A stretch of DNA of 61,188 bases from IMG/VR virus record IMGVR_UViG_3300010346_001238, one strand, 5' to 3'. The first letter of the stretch is position 1; each line of letters begins with the position of its first letter. The notes beneath the pieces are model-generated. The model was not told the DNA's origin and searched no databases. It was given only the letters and a program-made list of their open reading frames with translations. Shown one piece after another: positions 17,010 to 28,461 of this stretch. Source of the DNA: an uncultured virus (IMG/VR IMGVR_UViG_3300010346_001238) (taxonomy: Duplodnaviria > Heunggongvirae > Uroviricota > Caudoviricetes). The translations under genes were made by a program, and so were the position numbers.

Positions 17010-18989
17010 ATGGCTAATACAATACAAAAAGATTTTTCTCCAAATAGTAAAGATGTTCGGTATCTTAATAGAGATTTTTCTCAATTTCGAGAATCATTAA
17101 TTAATTTTTCTAAAACGTATTTTCCTCATACATATAAAGATTTTTCTCCCGCTTCTCCCGGAATGATGTTTATTGAACAGGTGGCATATGTTGGAGATGT
17201 TTTAAGTTATTATACTGATTATGCCTTTAAAGAGGGGCAAATGTTTTCGGTTACGGAAAGAAAAAATATAGTTTCTTTAGCCTCTCAAATGGGATATAAA
17301 ATCAAACCGGCAAGAGCAGCAATTGGTGAAATTACTTTAATGCAATTATGTCCGGCGGCAGATGATGGAATGGGAAATTATTTCCCCGATCCAGATTACA
17401 TGTTAATAATTAAAGAAAATTCTCAATTTTCAACGAATGAGAATGCTTATTTTATTTTAAATTCTGTAGTTGATTTTTCTATTAATACGGCTGCATCTCC
17501 CCGAAAAGAGGAAATATATTCTCGCAATCCAGATGGAACCCCATTATTTTTCTTATTAACTAAAAAGGGATCGGTTAGTGCTGGACAAATTTATACTAAA
17601 GAAGTAGTTGTTGGATCTCCTTCTCCATATTTTACTGTTAAATTGGGAGAAAAAAATGTACTTTCTATTTTGAGTATTGTGGACTCAGATGATAATAATT
17701 GGTATGAAACGGAATATTTGGCACAAGAATTAGTACCCATTTCAGTGCCTAATATTGATCAATATGAAGGTTCATTGTCTCAATATAGAGATTCAGTTCC
17801 ATATATTTTAAAATATTTAAAAACGTCCCGTCGATTTGTTGTTAATGTAGATGAAGAAAATTACACTTATATTCAATTTGGGGCGGGAATAAGTGGAACG
17901 AGCGATGAAATTGTTACATTTGATTCTAATTTACTTGGAGTGGGGTTGGTTAACTCTTCCAGAGTTAATATTCCGCTAGATCCGAGCAATTTTCTTAGTA
18001 ATGAAAATTATGGCATGGCACCTCAAAACACTGTATTGACTATTACATATTTAATAGGTGGCGGATTAAATAGTAATTGTCAAAGTGATGAAATAAAAAA
18101 TGTAGCTTCAGTATTATTTGATAATCCATCCGAAGGACTTCTTCCGGAACAAGTCGAATTATTAAATACTGTCAAAAATTCATTACAAGTAACCAATATG
18201 GAACCTGTGGTTGGGGGGAAAGATGCCGAAACAAATGAAGAAATTAAATTAAATGCAATGGCTCATTTTGCATCTCAAAATCGTGCCGTAACTCAAAATG
18301 ATTATTTAGTAAGAATCTATTCTCTTCCTCCTCAATTTGGATCAATTGCCAAAGCGCAAATTGTATCGGATTCTAATTTAAATATAGGGATAAATAAAAT
18401 TTTAGATGGGGTTATTGATTCAAATAATAATGGATCTGTTATTGATAATAGAGTTAATAATTATTTCAGGAAAGTATCATATGATATAACAAATCCTTTT
18501 GCTATTAATGTCTATATATTATCATATGATTCTCAAAAACGTCTTATTAAACCAAATAAAGCATTAATAAAAAATCTTATTACATATCTTAAACAATATC
18601 GTATAATTACCGATGGAATTAATATTATCGATGGATATATTATAAATATTGGGGTTGAGTTTTCTATTACAGTATATAAAGGATATAATAAAAAAGATGT
18701 TTTATTAAGTTGTATAAAAACCGTTCAAAATTTCTTTAATATAGATAAATGGAACTTTTCTCAACCTATTAATTTAAGCCAATTACAATTAGAAATTGCT
18801 AAAGTAAATGGAGTTCAATCTGTAGTTAATGTTAAAATTACAAATAAAACATCGTTAGATGGAGATTATTCGCCTGTGGAATATGATATAAAAGCTGCTA
18901 CTAAAAATGGTATAATTTATCCTTCTGTAGATCCTTCAGTTTTTGAAGTTAAATTCCCCAGTTCCGATATAATAGGCGCTTGTTTATAA
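17010..18989 (+). CDS. Baseplate wedge subunit, T4 gp6/baseplate J-like
   Basis: 'RDFSQFRESL...SPGMMF...AYVGDVLSYY', 'IQFG', 'GGKDAET.EEI', 'QNRAVT..DY'. Confidence 0.9.
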   Translation: MANTIQKDFSPNSKDVRYLNRDFSQFRESLINFSKTYFPHTYKDFSPASPGMMFIEQVAYVGDVLSYYTDYAFKEGQMFSVTERKNIVSLASQMGYKIKPARAAIGEITLMQLCPAADDGMGNYFPDPDYMLIIKENSQFSTNENAYFILNSVVDFSINTAASPRKEEIYSRNPDGTPLFFLLTKKGSVSAGQIYTKEVVVGSPSPYFTVKLGEKNVLSILSIVDSDDNNWYETEYLAQELVPISVPNIDQYEGSLSQYRDSVPYILKYLKTSRRFVVNVDEENYTYIQFGAGISGTSDEIVTFDSNLLGVGLVNSSRVNIPLDPSNFLSNENYGMAPQNTVLTITYLIGGGLNSNCQSDEIKNVASVLFDNPSEGLLPEQVELLNTVKNSLQVTNMEPVVGGKDAETNEEIKLNAMAHFASQNRAVTQNDYLVRIYSLPPQFGSIAKAQIVSDSNLNIGINKILDGVIDSNNNGSVIDNRVNNYFRKVSYDITNPFAINVYILSYDSQKRLIKPNKALIKNLITYLKQYRIITDGINIIDGYIINIGVEFSITVYKGYNKKDVLLSCIKTVQNFFNIDKWNFSQPINLSQLQLEIAKVNGVQSVVNVKITNKTSLDGDYSPVEYDIKAATKNGIIYPSVDPSVFEVKFPSSDIIGACL

Positions 18990-19046
18990 TTTTAGAATAT
19001 AAAAATAATCCCGGAATTTCTCTCATTTTTTCATATTTATAGATAT

Positions 19047-19565
19047 ATGATTCGGCTAAAGTCTTTATTGAGAGAAAGTGGAGATGGGATAATAGATAAA
19101 TTTATTTCTATACTTCCAAAATATGGCCTCGAATTTCATGATCCGGCAAGGTCAGAACATGCATTTAGAAGACATGGCTATATTTATCCTACAATTACAG
19201 ATAAAGATCATACAATTAAAGTAGCATTAGATCGAACTGATATATATGTGTATAAAGGCCGTGTTTGGCTTGGAGATCCGAGCCAACCATTAAAACATGG
19301 GTATGTTATGCAAGCAATGGTAACAAATCCCGAATATAGGAATAAAGGAAAGGCCAAAGAAATATTAAAAGCAATTACGGCGGCAGCAGATGAAGCCGGT
19401 TTAATATTAAAATTAGAACCGGCTCCTATGATAGATTTAATGAATTCTAAAGAAAAGCGAAAAATAACTACGACATTTTTAAAAAATTTGTATGGTAAAC
19501 ATGGATTTAAATTGGAACCAGAAGGTAATATTATGACTAGAATTCCAGCAGATAAAGGAATATAA
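19047..19565 (+). CDS. GNAT-family acetyltransferase-like protein
   Basis: Acetyl-CoA motif A 'VTNPEYRNKGKA' and C-terminal 'LYGKHGF'; N-terminal leader MIRLKSLLRE. Confidence 0.75.
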   Translation: MIRLKSLLRESGDGIIDKFISILPKYGLEFHDPARSEHAFRRHGYIYPTITDKDHTIKVALDRTDIYVYKGRVWLGDPSQPLKHGYVMQAMVTNPEYRNKGKAKEILKAITAAADEAGLILKLEPAPMIDLMNSKEKRKITTTFLKNLYGKHGFKLEPEGNIMTRIPADKGI

Positions 19566-19567
19566 TT

Positions 19568-22081
19568 ATGCATCATTTTATTTATCCCGAAAAAGATACT
19601 TTTATAACTAATCATCAAGGATTAGAAAAGAAAAATTTTGGTCTCGACGAAATTTTACAGGTGGGCACCATTAATTCTCCCAGACCATATCTCAGTGAAA
19701 CCAAAGAATATTTTTATAAAAATGAAATTTTAACTGGGAGAGTAGAATCTTTTACAGGAAATTTTGAAGGTTCTTTCTATGGAGAGGCTTTATTTGCTAC
19801 GGGATCGATAATTGGAGAAAATTTATCATTTACTTCTTCATATTTTAAAGGAATTATAGATAGTGTACCAGTAGAAATAAGTGGTAATATAGAGGGAAGT
19901 GAAATTTCAGGAATGATTAGTGGATCAATTATTGCACCTGATTTTATCGAAAAATTTGATGGAGAACTTGTAAGAATTAACGGATGTTTACAAGGAACTG
20001 GTTCGGGAGTTGATGTTCGAACAGAAAAAAACTGGAAAGTAGTAAATTCTCAATATGTATATCGTTCATTATTAAAATTTAATTTAAATAAAATATCCGA
20101 ATCAATAGCTAATGGTGAAATAACAGATCCTAAATTTTATTTGAATATAAAAATATGTAATGAATTTCAACTTCCACTTGAATATACAATTTATGCTTCT
20201 CCTATTAGTAAAGATTGGGATAAAGGAATAGGTTATTTATCGGATGGAGGATCCGATAGAGGTGCAAATTGGATATATCGAGATAAAAACGATGGTATTA
20301 AGTGGAATGATACTATTTTAACCGGACCTAAATCTGCTATAAATTTTATAGACAATCCCGAATTACTTCCAGTTGTATTTGGCTATGGCGGAGGAACGTG
20401 GCATTTAGAAGATACATGTAAGCAGGACTTTTCGCAACAATCGGCTGATGTACGAATGGATGTAACGCCAATTGTCATGAAATGGATTAGTGGAGAAATT
20501 CCTAATTATGGGTTTATTGTATATTGTTCCGATGAATTAGTTGGAACGGCATATGGTTTCATGCTGAAATTTTTCAGTAAAAATACTAATACAATTTATT
20601 CTCCATATTTGGATGTAGCATGGAATGATGCTACATTTGTTACAGGAAGTATTACGACGGGAAATGTAGAAATTAAAACGGATGGTCCGTGGATTTCGGC
20701 ATCAATTTCTTCGGGTTCATCCATCAATGGAGAATTTAGTGGAAATTTCACGGGAAGTTCGATTTTTACTATTACTAAAAATTATCTAACGGCTAGTAAT
20801 TATTTATTTCAAGATGAATTAGTACAAGAATTTACGGGAAGTTTTACTGGATCATTTTATACCGATGCGCAAGTTTCGGGAACAATTACCGGAAGTGATT
20901 TAACATTTACGGTAGATTATTTTAGTGGTTCTATAGATGAAACTAAAGACATCATTGAAACGATGGGTGGAGTTTCGGGAATTGATATAGATGGTGTAGT
21001 TGAGGGAAATTTATATTCTGAATTACCATTTGGAGAATATGAAGGATTATTAACAAGTTCCGCCACTTTCTTATCGGGATATGGCACTGGATATTATTTA
21101 GATCCAGTTTATAATAGATTTTGTGGATTTATTTTAGCTACAGGATCTTCGGGAAATATTATCGATTCTCCAGTAATTGGAGAAGCGTGTGGAATAATAA
21201 CTATAAGTCAATCGGTTATAACGGGGTCTTGTGGGAAAACCTTTGATGCAAATTTAGTAACGGGTTCTTTTATAGATGGTGTATATAGTGGTAGTAATTT
21301 TACGGCGTATTACGTTAATAATCAATTAATGAGTGCATCTTTAACTGGTCGATGGACCGAGGCAGCTATTTTAGGTACAAATATAAATATTCCCATTCCT
21401 TCTGGATTTGAACCATATGCTTTGGCGTATATACATGGAAAATATGTAAAAGGAACGGCATTGGGAATTTATACTATTTCCGGATCTGAAAGTGCAAGCT
21501 TTGTTGGAAAATTTACCGAAGGTGCTCAGGCAGGAGTAGAATTAAATTTACAACTTAATGGAAGTATATATACCTCTAGTTATTCATATACAAGTAGCGT
21601 TGAATTAATTACTAATAAATTTAACAATCTTGATACAAGCGGGCAATTTTCTATAAATTTACAAAATTTACAGCCTGTATATAGGTCGGGAGATATAATA
21701 AAAATATTTGTATTTGGGCGGAAAAAATTTCCTCATAAATCATTTGGTCGATCTCCACAACAAGAACAATATACTATTCCTGAAATATTGCCCCGCACTT
21801 CATTTTATGCAATAAAAGACAATCAAACCGATGAAATTGTTATTCCGGCAGATAATTATACTCAAATAAGTTGTGAATATCCCGGAGGGAATTATTTTTA
21901 TTTGGATACTACGGGATTACCACAAGAAAGATATTATCGTGTTTTAATTCAAGTTAGTGATGAAAATAACACTTATACAATAGATACAGGTAAAATTTTT
22001 AAAATTGTTCGGGGAGGTTCTACGGCGGAATCGACTTATCCTCCGGCAGGAGCGCCCGAGATAATGGTAATACAATTATAA
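19568..22081 (+). CDS. Virion structural protein (DNRLRE-like domain, TGS/SGS-rich)
   Basis: 'KDTFI...NFGLDEIL', 'RSLLKF', 'MDVT.IV..W...NYGF', 'FFS..T.TIYSP.L'; many [ST]xS motifs. Confidence 0.6.
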   Translation: MHHFIYPEKDTFITNHQGLEKKNFGLDEILQVGTINSPRPYLSETKEYFYKNEILTGRVESFTGNFEGSFYGEALFATGSIIGENLSFTSSYFKGIIDSVPVEISGNIEGSEISGMISGSIIAPDFIEKFDGELVRINGCLQGTGSGVDVRTEKNWKVVNSQYVYRSLLKFNLNKISESIANGEITDPKFYLNIKICNEFQLPLEYTIYASPISKDWDKGIGYLSDGGSDRGANWIYRDKNDGIKWNDTILTGPKSAINFIDNPELLPVVFGYGGGTWHLEDTCKQDFSQQSADVRMDVTPIVMKWISGEIPNYGFIVYCSDELVGTAYGFMLKFFSKNTNTIYSPYLDVAWNDATFVTGSITTGNVEIKTDGPWISASISSGSSINGEFSGNFTGSSIFTITKNYLTASNYLFQDELVQEFTGSFTGSFYTDAQVSGTITGSDLTFTVDYFSGSIDETKDIIETMGGVSGIDIDGVVEGNLYSELPFGEYEGLLTSSATFLSGYGTGYYLDPVYNRFCGFILATGSSGNIIDSPVIGEACGIITISQSVITGSCGKTFDANLVTGSFIDGVYSGSNFTAYYVNNQLMSASLTGRWTEAAILGTNINIPIPSGFEPYALAYIHGKYVKGTALGIYTISGSESASFVGKFTEGAQAGVELNLQLNGSIYTSSYSYTSSVELITNKFNNLDTSGQFSINLQNLQPVYRSGDIIKIFVFGRKKFPHKSFGRSPQQEQYTIPEILPRTSFYAIKDNQTDEIVIPADNYTQISCEYPGGNYFYLDTTGLPQERYYRVLIQVSDENNTYTIDTGKIFKIVRGGSTAESTYPPAGAPEIMVIQL

Positions 22082-22082
22082 T

Positions 22083-22553
22083 ATGAATAATTTTTCTCAA
22101 GACATTTATGAATTTAAAAAGAATGGAACTTATACCTATAAGTTTGATAATTCTGGAAATGCAATTTTTAATGAAAAATCTAGCAAATTTTCTCATGTTT
22201 ATTTATCCATTCCACTAAGTAATCCGGTGATGGATGAAAATAAAATAAATAAATTTTATAATGTAGAATTTGAGGAATTTATTCCGGTCACTTCTTCAAT
22301 AAAAGAAGAGTCCATAGCAATGAGTGTATTTACTCAACAAATGGAAATATTAAAGGAAGAAAACGAATCTTTAAAAACTAAACTCGATTCGGCCATATTA
22401 GCTAGCGAATCTAATAGATCTGTTGCTGATCAAATGGCAATTAAACAAACTATATTAGGACTTAGAATAGCATTGGGTGAAGGAAGAGTGGAAAGTGATT
22501 TTTCAGAAGATTTTCCATATACACCTTTAAAACACAACGAATATACCAGATAA
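22083..22553 (+). CDS. Hypothetical virion protein with a coiled coil
   Basis: 156 aa, tightly coupled within the structural operon. Confidence 0.6.
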   Translation: MNNFSQDIYEFKKNGTYTYKFDNSGNAIFNEKSSKFSHVYLSIPLSNPVMDENKINKFYNVEFEEFIPVTSSIKEESIAMSVFTQQMEILKEENESLKTKLDSAILASESNRSVADQMAIKQTILGLRIALGEGRVESDFSEDFPYTPLKHNEYTR

Positions 22554-22554
22554 T

Positions 22555-25500
22555 ATGATATTTTCTTCATATCAATTAATAAGTGAAAATTCTACCAGTT
22601 TAAATACGGGATCGTATTTAACACAAACAGAACATTTAATGTTTGTGAACGAAAATAAACCAGATATTTGGTATGGGGTTTCGGAACGGGATGCTATAGA
22701 ATTAGGAGTTTGGAGTAGAAATAAAAAACTATTAAATTGGAGTACAATATATCAAAATAAAGAATATGTCCCTGTCACTCTTTCTTATACTGATCCTTTA
22801 AATTTTCCAGTTACATATTCTTATAATGAATTAAATTCGGAATTCGTTTTTTATCGGCATGAAAAAATTCTAGTTAATCCCATTGAACAACTTTCATCCT
22901 CTTTTAATATTTTATCTGGTAGTTATTTTTTAACTTATAATTTCATTCGGGAAATGGCAGGAAATGAAAATTCGCCATTAGTTATTAAAGATATTTCTCC
23001 ATCTCGAAAAGAAATTAAATTAATACCGATGGGCAATTCTACATTGGCATATGATGCATATTGCCATAAAAAAGTATTGATTTCAGATATATCGCCTTTA
23101 TATATTAATTCTATTAAAAATTGTCCATATGATGAAATTTATTCGCAATTATTAGAAAATTTCCCTGAAGAAATTAATACTATAAGAAATGTTTTTTTCT
23201 TAACATCGGAAGATTCTATAATACAATTTTTTAAAAATTTATATGAAGATCAGTGGATATATAATTCATCATTAGAATCGGCTATAGATTTTAATTTAAA
23301 ATCAGATATTATTCGATTACAAGGAATTAAAACATATTTTATAAATTTCTTATTACAAAATTCATCAAAAATAATTGGATTTGAAGAATTAGATGATTAT
23401 TTTAAAGGATATGTTTCGGCTTCTATAGAGCGAAAATTTTCAATGTTGGGGGCTAATCCGATTCAGCCATATATAAATGCTAAAACGGCGGTTTATGATT
23501 TTTTTGTTAAATATTTTTATTCTCCAATTTCAAAAAAATTGGCTAAAGAATATAATAACAAATATTATTTTCCATTTAAAAATGCACTAAATTTTGGAAA
23601 TAATAGATTGCTTCCTATTATTAATAATGGGTTTATAGATGAACGAGAATCGCCCGAAGACCCCCTAACATTAATTATTAAATTACAATCGGAACTTCCT
23701 ATTGATATTAATATTCAATCTAATTGTTGGGTATCTAATATTTCATTATCCCCTTACATTGTCAGTGCTATTTTAAAATTTTCTGATTTTGAAGATACAT
23801 ATAAAATAGGTGCTCCTAATTTTTCTATTCAAATTCCAGATATTAGTCTTACCAATACTAATTTAAAATATACCGAAGACGATTTACGTGAAGAACATCT
23901 AATATCTCGAGAATTAGTTGTTAGTAAAAATATTCAAGACCTTTCAATTGATTATACCGATTTTAAAAATTTTGTTGTATTTTCTTCGGCAGAAATGCGA
24001 TTGAAAATATTCAAAAATAAAATGATTAATATTTCAAGATTAAATTCTGCTATAGAAATTTTAAACATAAAAAATAATGAGTTTATTGTATCAAGTGGCA
24101 GCAATTATCCGTATTATGAACATGAATATAAAAGTATTCAAAATCAATTAGATGAATTTATTAATACATTTGATGGGTATGAATCCTATTTGTATGACAA
24201 AGGATTTTTTAAATATGAAAATAAATCTTTTATTAGCGCCAGTTATATTAAAGATTTGGAATCCGAGGCTGTTCATTATGATAAATTAAATCGAGATAGT
24301 TTTATAAACAATTGTCCAGAATATATTTTATCTGATTCGGAAAATGATGAATATATCGTTTTTCTAACAATGATCGGACATTTTTTTGATAATATTTATA
24401 TTTACATTTCTAATTTGCCATCAGAAAAAAAAGTTGGAAATAATGAATCGGAAGAATTTACTCGACGAATAGCAGATTATATTTTACAAGCATTTGGATG
24501 GAATATAGATGATACTTTAGAGCAATCAAATGTTTTGAATAATTATTTATCGTCAAATGAATTAAAAGAATTAAATCGTTTATCCGCCGAAGAAAGATTA
24601 AAAATTATAAGAAATAGATTACTTGTTAACCTTCCTCAGATTTATAAAACAAAAGGTACAGAAGAAGCAATTAAAATTATTTTATCTTGTTATGGAATTC
24701 CATCTTCATTATTAAGTGTTAGAGAATATGGAGGAATAAATTATCTTTCGGAAAATGCTTCTTATACTACATATGAGCGGGTTTATTTAAGACAGTGGAG
24801 TACTGCATCTCAATACGATACTTATTATTTATCTAATCCACCTGGAATGCGAACGTGTTTATTCAAATTTAGTATGGACAATGCTAAATTATATACTAAA
24901 AATAATGAATATATATTAATGGGAGGATTTGATAACTCAAATATAGAAAATACGGATGAATTGGCAACGGGAAAATGGTCGGTTGGATTTATTCGTACAT
25001 ATAAACCAAATAGTGGAAAATTATTTTTCCGGATTGGAACAAAAAATTCTCCAATTTTCAAAATATATAGCCCAGAATTTCCGATGTTTAATGGTAGCAT
25101 ATATAGTGTTATGTTACGACGAAATATGCCCGATGATGGGTTTGAATATACGGAAAATGATTTGTCCGTTCCATCAAAATTTGATTTATATGTGCAACAA
25201 AATGATTCGGGAAATAAAATATTACATTTAACTTCTAGTGGTATCTGTTATGATACGGCATCCAATCATTGGTTCAGTGGTGAAGGAAATATTCGAATTG
25301 GTGGATGGTTTACTTATTGGAATCGGGGAGGATACGATGGATGTTTTGATAAATTACAAACATGGTTTTCGGCATTAACAGATCAAGATTTTGAAAATTA
25401 TGTTAATAATATAAACTCCTATGTATTTAGTGGTGCGGATCCACATAAAAATTTAATTTTTCGAATGCATTATGATTATCCTGTAAATCAACGTCAGCAA

Positions 25501-27516
25501 TTAGTTAATGGTGAATGGACAGGAATTTGGAAAAATGGAAATCCATATTTTTCCGATGGCTCGGAAGATCGACTTGAAAAATTATATGGGATACACGGAA
25601 TAAATGTAGATTACATGATAAATTCGGGAAGTTGGGCCGGAGCGCAAGAATTAATACCCGATAAATGTTCTCCAACGGGGTTTGTATCTCAATCCTGTTA
25701 TCCGTGGCAATTCAAAGTGATTGATTATCCGAGTACTTGGAATGTATCTAAATATGGCCCTAATAAATTTAGAAATGAAAAAATTAATTATGTATCACAA
25801 TCAGTTGAAGCTAGATTTGATCATTTAAATAGATCAACAAATACATTAAATTATAATATTGCTCCCGATTCCAATCAAATCGGAATTTTTGTTGATCCAC
25901 AAGATTTTAAAAACCGGGATATAGTTCGTTATTTAGGAAATTGTGATTTAATGGATTCAATAGGAGATCCGGCAAATCAATTTGAATCTGAATATTCCTC
26001 ATTAAAATTATTACGAAAACAATATTCAGATCTATATATGCCTTCAAGTGGAAGTAAAACCTTATTCAATGAATTATTAACTTTATATAAACTTTATTTT
26101 AATAAATCAATATTTGAAGCAATTAAAAATGTAATTCCTGCTAGAGCTAAACCCCTTATTGGAGTTCTAATTGAGCCGTCAATCTTAGAGCGGCCCAAAT
26201 ATCAGCTTAAAAAAATGGACAGTGAAATTAATATAAGCTCCTCTTTATTTTTAGAAACCCCCACATCTACATATTATGGTAGTAAAGAGAAGCTTGTAAA
26301 TATTTCTGCATTTAATGCAGAAATGGAGCATTCAACATCTATTGTTGCATCGCATGTAGCATTGCCTTTACGAGATTTTCCGGCTAATTTTGGTGGGAAC
26401 TATATTAGAGATTTTACAGATCCATATACTATGGGGCACTTTGCTGGGGGTATTTTATCTCAAGAAGAATTGGAATCGTTAATATTATTACCATATGTTT
26501 CTTTCATAGGAAATCCTAGATCGGGATATGCTCCATTAGATGTACAATTTAATAGTCAATATTTAAATGCTCAAGAATTTAAATGGGTATTTGGCGATGA
26601 AGATAAATATATTAGTGTTCCACGACTTTTTCCTATAGACCCCAATTTGAAACATTCCACTAATCCAAGATATATATATGAATTTGCCGGAACATATAAT
26701 GTGTCTTTAACCGCATATAATGGTACTATTTTAAGTGGATTCCACAATACTGCTACTAAAAATGCTTATATTAGAGTAAATGAACCGGAAATTATTCCTT
26801 CCTTTGAACTGTATGATAAAAAAGATATGGTAGTCATAACCGAAGCGATTGCTGATAAAACCGAAGTAAAATTTAAAAATTTTAGTGTGGTAAACGCCAA
26901 TCCCAATTTTCCAGTGGTATATAAATGGGAATTTGGAAATGGCGAAACAAAAACAGTAGAAGTAATACCAGGAGGACCTGTTGATGAAGATGAATATTCT
27001 CCGGTATATGTATATCCGGAAAAAGGAACTTATACTGCTAAATTAACAATTACTTCGGGAAGATATAGTAAATCAACAACTAAAAATATTAATGTACTTA
27101 TGGCGGATGTTGATTGTGGAGGTTTATTGCAAGTTTCGGGTGGAGTGCGAACCTGGGGGAATCCTTATGAAAAGATAATAGATCTTGGTACGGATACAGG
27201 AGAGGTGTGGATGCGATATGATTCTTACAACATTCCAGATAGATTTATATTAGAATGGGATGGTGAAGAAAAAATTGATACTGGTTGGGTGGGAGATTAC
27301 GGAAATTCCATAAATGCTACGAAATATATTGATGCATTAAAAGACCATGATCCTAGTTTGACTATAAGTGGAATAGGTCAGGGAACAATAAGCTTTAACA
27401 AAAATAAACGAGAACCAATTGTTGCTAAACTTATAGTGCATTGTCCTCTATTTACAACAGGATGGAGAGTAAAAATTGGGTGCCCAGGAAAAGGAGTGCC
27501 CTCAGAATTTGTATGA
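22555..27516 (+). CDS. Large baseplate/tail protein with two PKD domains
   Basis: 'IYKTKGT..AI..ILSCYG' (tail protein I/gp7-like pattern); PKD motifs 'P.SGYAPLDVQF...WVFGD...Y..AGTYNVSLT' and 'YKWEFGNG...Y...GTYTAKLT'. Confidence 0.7.
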   Translation: MIFSSYQLISENSTSLNTGSYLTQTEHLMFVNENKPDIWYGVSERDAIELGVWSRNKKLLNWSTIYQNKEYVPVTLSYTDPLNFPVTYSYNELNSEFVFYRHEKILVNPIEQLSSSFNILSGSYFLTYNFIREMAGNENSPLVIKDISPSRKEIKLIPMGNSTLAYDAYCHKKVLISDISPLYINSIKNCPYDEIYSQLLENFPEEINTIRNVFFLTSEDSIIQFFKNLYEDQWIYNSSLESAIDFNLKSDIIRLQGIKTYFINFLLQNSSKIIGFEELDDYFKGYVSASIERKFSMLGANPIQPYINAKTAVYDFFVKYFYSPISKKLAKEYNNKYYFPFKNALNFGNNRLLPIINNGFIDERESPEDPLTLIIKLQSELPIDINIQSNCWVSNISLSPYIVSAILKFSDFEDTYKIGAPNFSIQIPDISLTNTNLKYTEDDLREEHLISRELVVSKNIQDLSIDYTDFKNFVVFSSAEMRLKIFKNKMINISRLNSAIEILNIKNNEFIVSSGSNYPYYEHEYKSIQNQLDEFINTFDGYESYLYDKGFFKYENKSFISASYIKDLESEAVHYDKLNRDSFINNCPEYILSDSENDEYIVFLTMIGHFFDNIYIYISNLPSEKKVGNNESEEFTRRIADYILQAFGWNIDDTLEQSNVLNNYLSSNELKELNRLSAEERLKIIRNRLLVNLPQIYKTKGTEEAIKIILSCYGIPSSLLSVREYGGINYLSENASYTTYERVYLRQWSTASQYDTYYLSNPPGMRTCLFKFSMDNAKLYTKNNEYILMGGFDNSNIENTDELATGKWSVGFIRTYKPNSGKLFFRIGTKNSPIFKIYSPEFPMFNGSIYSVMLRRNMPDDGFEYTENDLSVPSKFDLYVQQNDSGNKILHLTSSGICYDTASNHWFSGEGNIRIGGWFTYWNRGGYDGCFDKLQTWFSALTDQDFENYVNNINSYVFSGADPHKNLIFRMHYDYPVNQRQQLVNGEWTGIWKNGNPYFSDGSEDRLEKLYGIHGINVDYMINSGSWAGAQELIPDKCSPTGFVSQSCYPWQFKVIDYPSTWNVSKYGPNKFRNEKINYVSQSVEARFDHLNRSTNTLNYNIAPDSNQIGIFVDPQDFKNRDIVRYLGNCDLMDSIGDPANQFESEYSSLKLLRKQYSDLYMPSSGSKTLFNELLTLYKLYFNKSIFEAIKNVIPARAKPLIGVLIEPSILERPKYQLKKMDSEINISSSLFLETPTSTYYGSKEKLVNISAFNAEMEHSTSIVASHVALPLRDFPANFGGNYIRDFTDPYTMGHFAGGILSQEELESLILLPYVSFIGNPRSGYAPLDVQFNSQYLNAQEFKWVFGDEDKYISVPRLFPIDPNLKHSTNPRYIYEFAGTYNVSLTAYNGTILSGFHNTATKNAYIRVNEPEIIPSFELYDKKDMVVITEAIADKTEVKFKNFSVVNANPNFPVVYKWEFGNGETKTVEVIPGGPVDEDEYSPVYVYPEKGTYTAKLTITSGRYSKSTTKNINVLMADVDCGGLLQVSGGVRTWGNPYEKIIDLGTDTGEVWMRYDSYNIPDRFILEWDGEEKIDTGWVGDYGNSINATKYIDALKDHDPSLTISGIGQGTISFNKNKREPIVAKLIVHCPLFTTGWRVKIGCPGKGVPSEFV

Positions 27517-28409
27517 ACGGAGAAATATTTTTTAACATGATCGAGAGACAACATCCGTTGTCTGGAAGCTCTTCATTTTTAATGAAACGGTGGAAAAAAT
27601 ATACCATTTATACTAAAGAAGGGCCGTATGTAAAAACTAGATATTTAAAAAGTGGATCTTATGGTTGGACCGGAAAAGAAAATACAATTGTTGATGCAAA
27701 TACAGATATAGCATATAACCGAACCAACGATAGACAAAACGGTGTTTATTATGAAGAACCCAGTAATATATTGGATAATAAATACCAAACGGGATCCGTA
27801 TGGTTGTATGATTATGTAGTAGTAAGTCAAGATTTTTATTATAAATACGTATATACTGAATCGGTGGAAAATCAAGATCCTTCGGTTGAGGATGATTATG
27901 TGGAGGGAAGCAATCCTCCTTTATGGAAACATGAAGCGGGAACGTGGAAAAACAGTCCCAATTCTATATATAGTAATTATATTGGGTATAAAACAAAAAC
28001 CGGCAATAATTATATTTATCCTATTAATACATTTTTAACTGCTGCATATGGAAGACGGGTTTATGGATATGTAGAGGGATTTAAAGAAGATGACGAAGAA
28101 TATACTCAAAGAATGAAAACGCCCCGATTTTCGTCCGATGAATGTTATTTTGAAATAATTAAGGGGTATCCCCGAAACCATTATTCGCATAAAAGACATT
28201 TATTTTCTTTATATTCTTATAATACAATAGGAAAATTACGTAAAAATTATGATGGTACTATATCATTTGAAGAGGGGGTATATATAAGAAATCAACAAAC
28301 AACAAAAACCACAGTCGGACAAGATAGTTTGGAAGATGGAACCCCACCAGTTCAATCTTTCCAAGTCGGAAATTTGAAATATGTTCAGACGGATAATGTA
28401 ATTAATTAA
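27513..28409 (+). CDS. Hypothetical virion protein
   Basis: ATG 27513 overlaps the upstream TGA (ATGA); C-terminal 'Q...TT....DG.PPV'. Confidence 0.6.
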   Translation: MNGEIFFNMIERQHPLSGSSSFLMKRWKKYTIYTKEGPYVKTRYLKSGSYGWTGKENTIVDANTDIAYNRTNDRQNGVYYEEPSNILDNKYQTGSVWLYDYVVVSQDFYYKYVYTESVENQDPSVEDDYVEGSNPPLWKHEAGTWKNSPNSIYSNYIGYKTKTGNNYIYPINTFLTAAYGRRVYGYVEGFKEDDEEYTQRMKTPRFSSDECYFEIIKGYPRNHYSHKRHLFSLYSYNTIGKLRKNYDGTISFEEGVYIRNQQTTKTTVGQDSLEDGTPPVQSFQVGNLKYVQTDNVIN

Positions 28410-28461
28410 TAAAAAATCGATTTGGAATAATACTTATAGAATAGAACAATTATAAAGAAAT

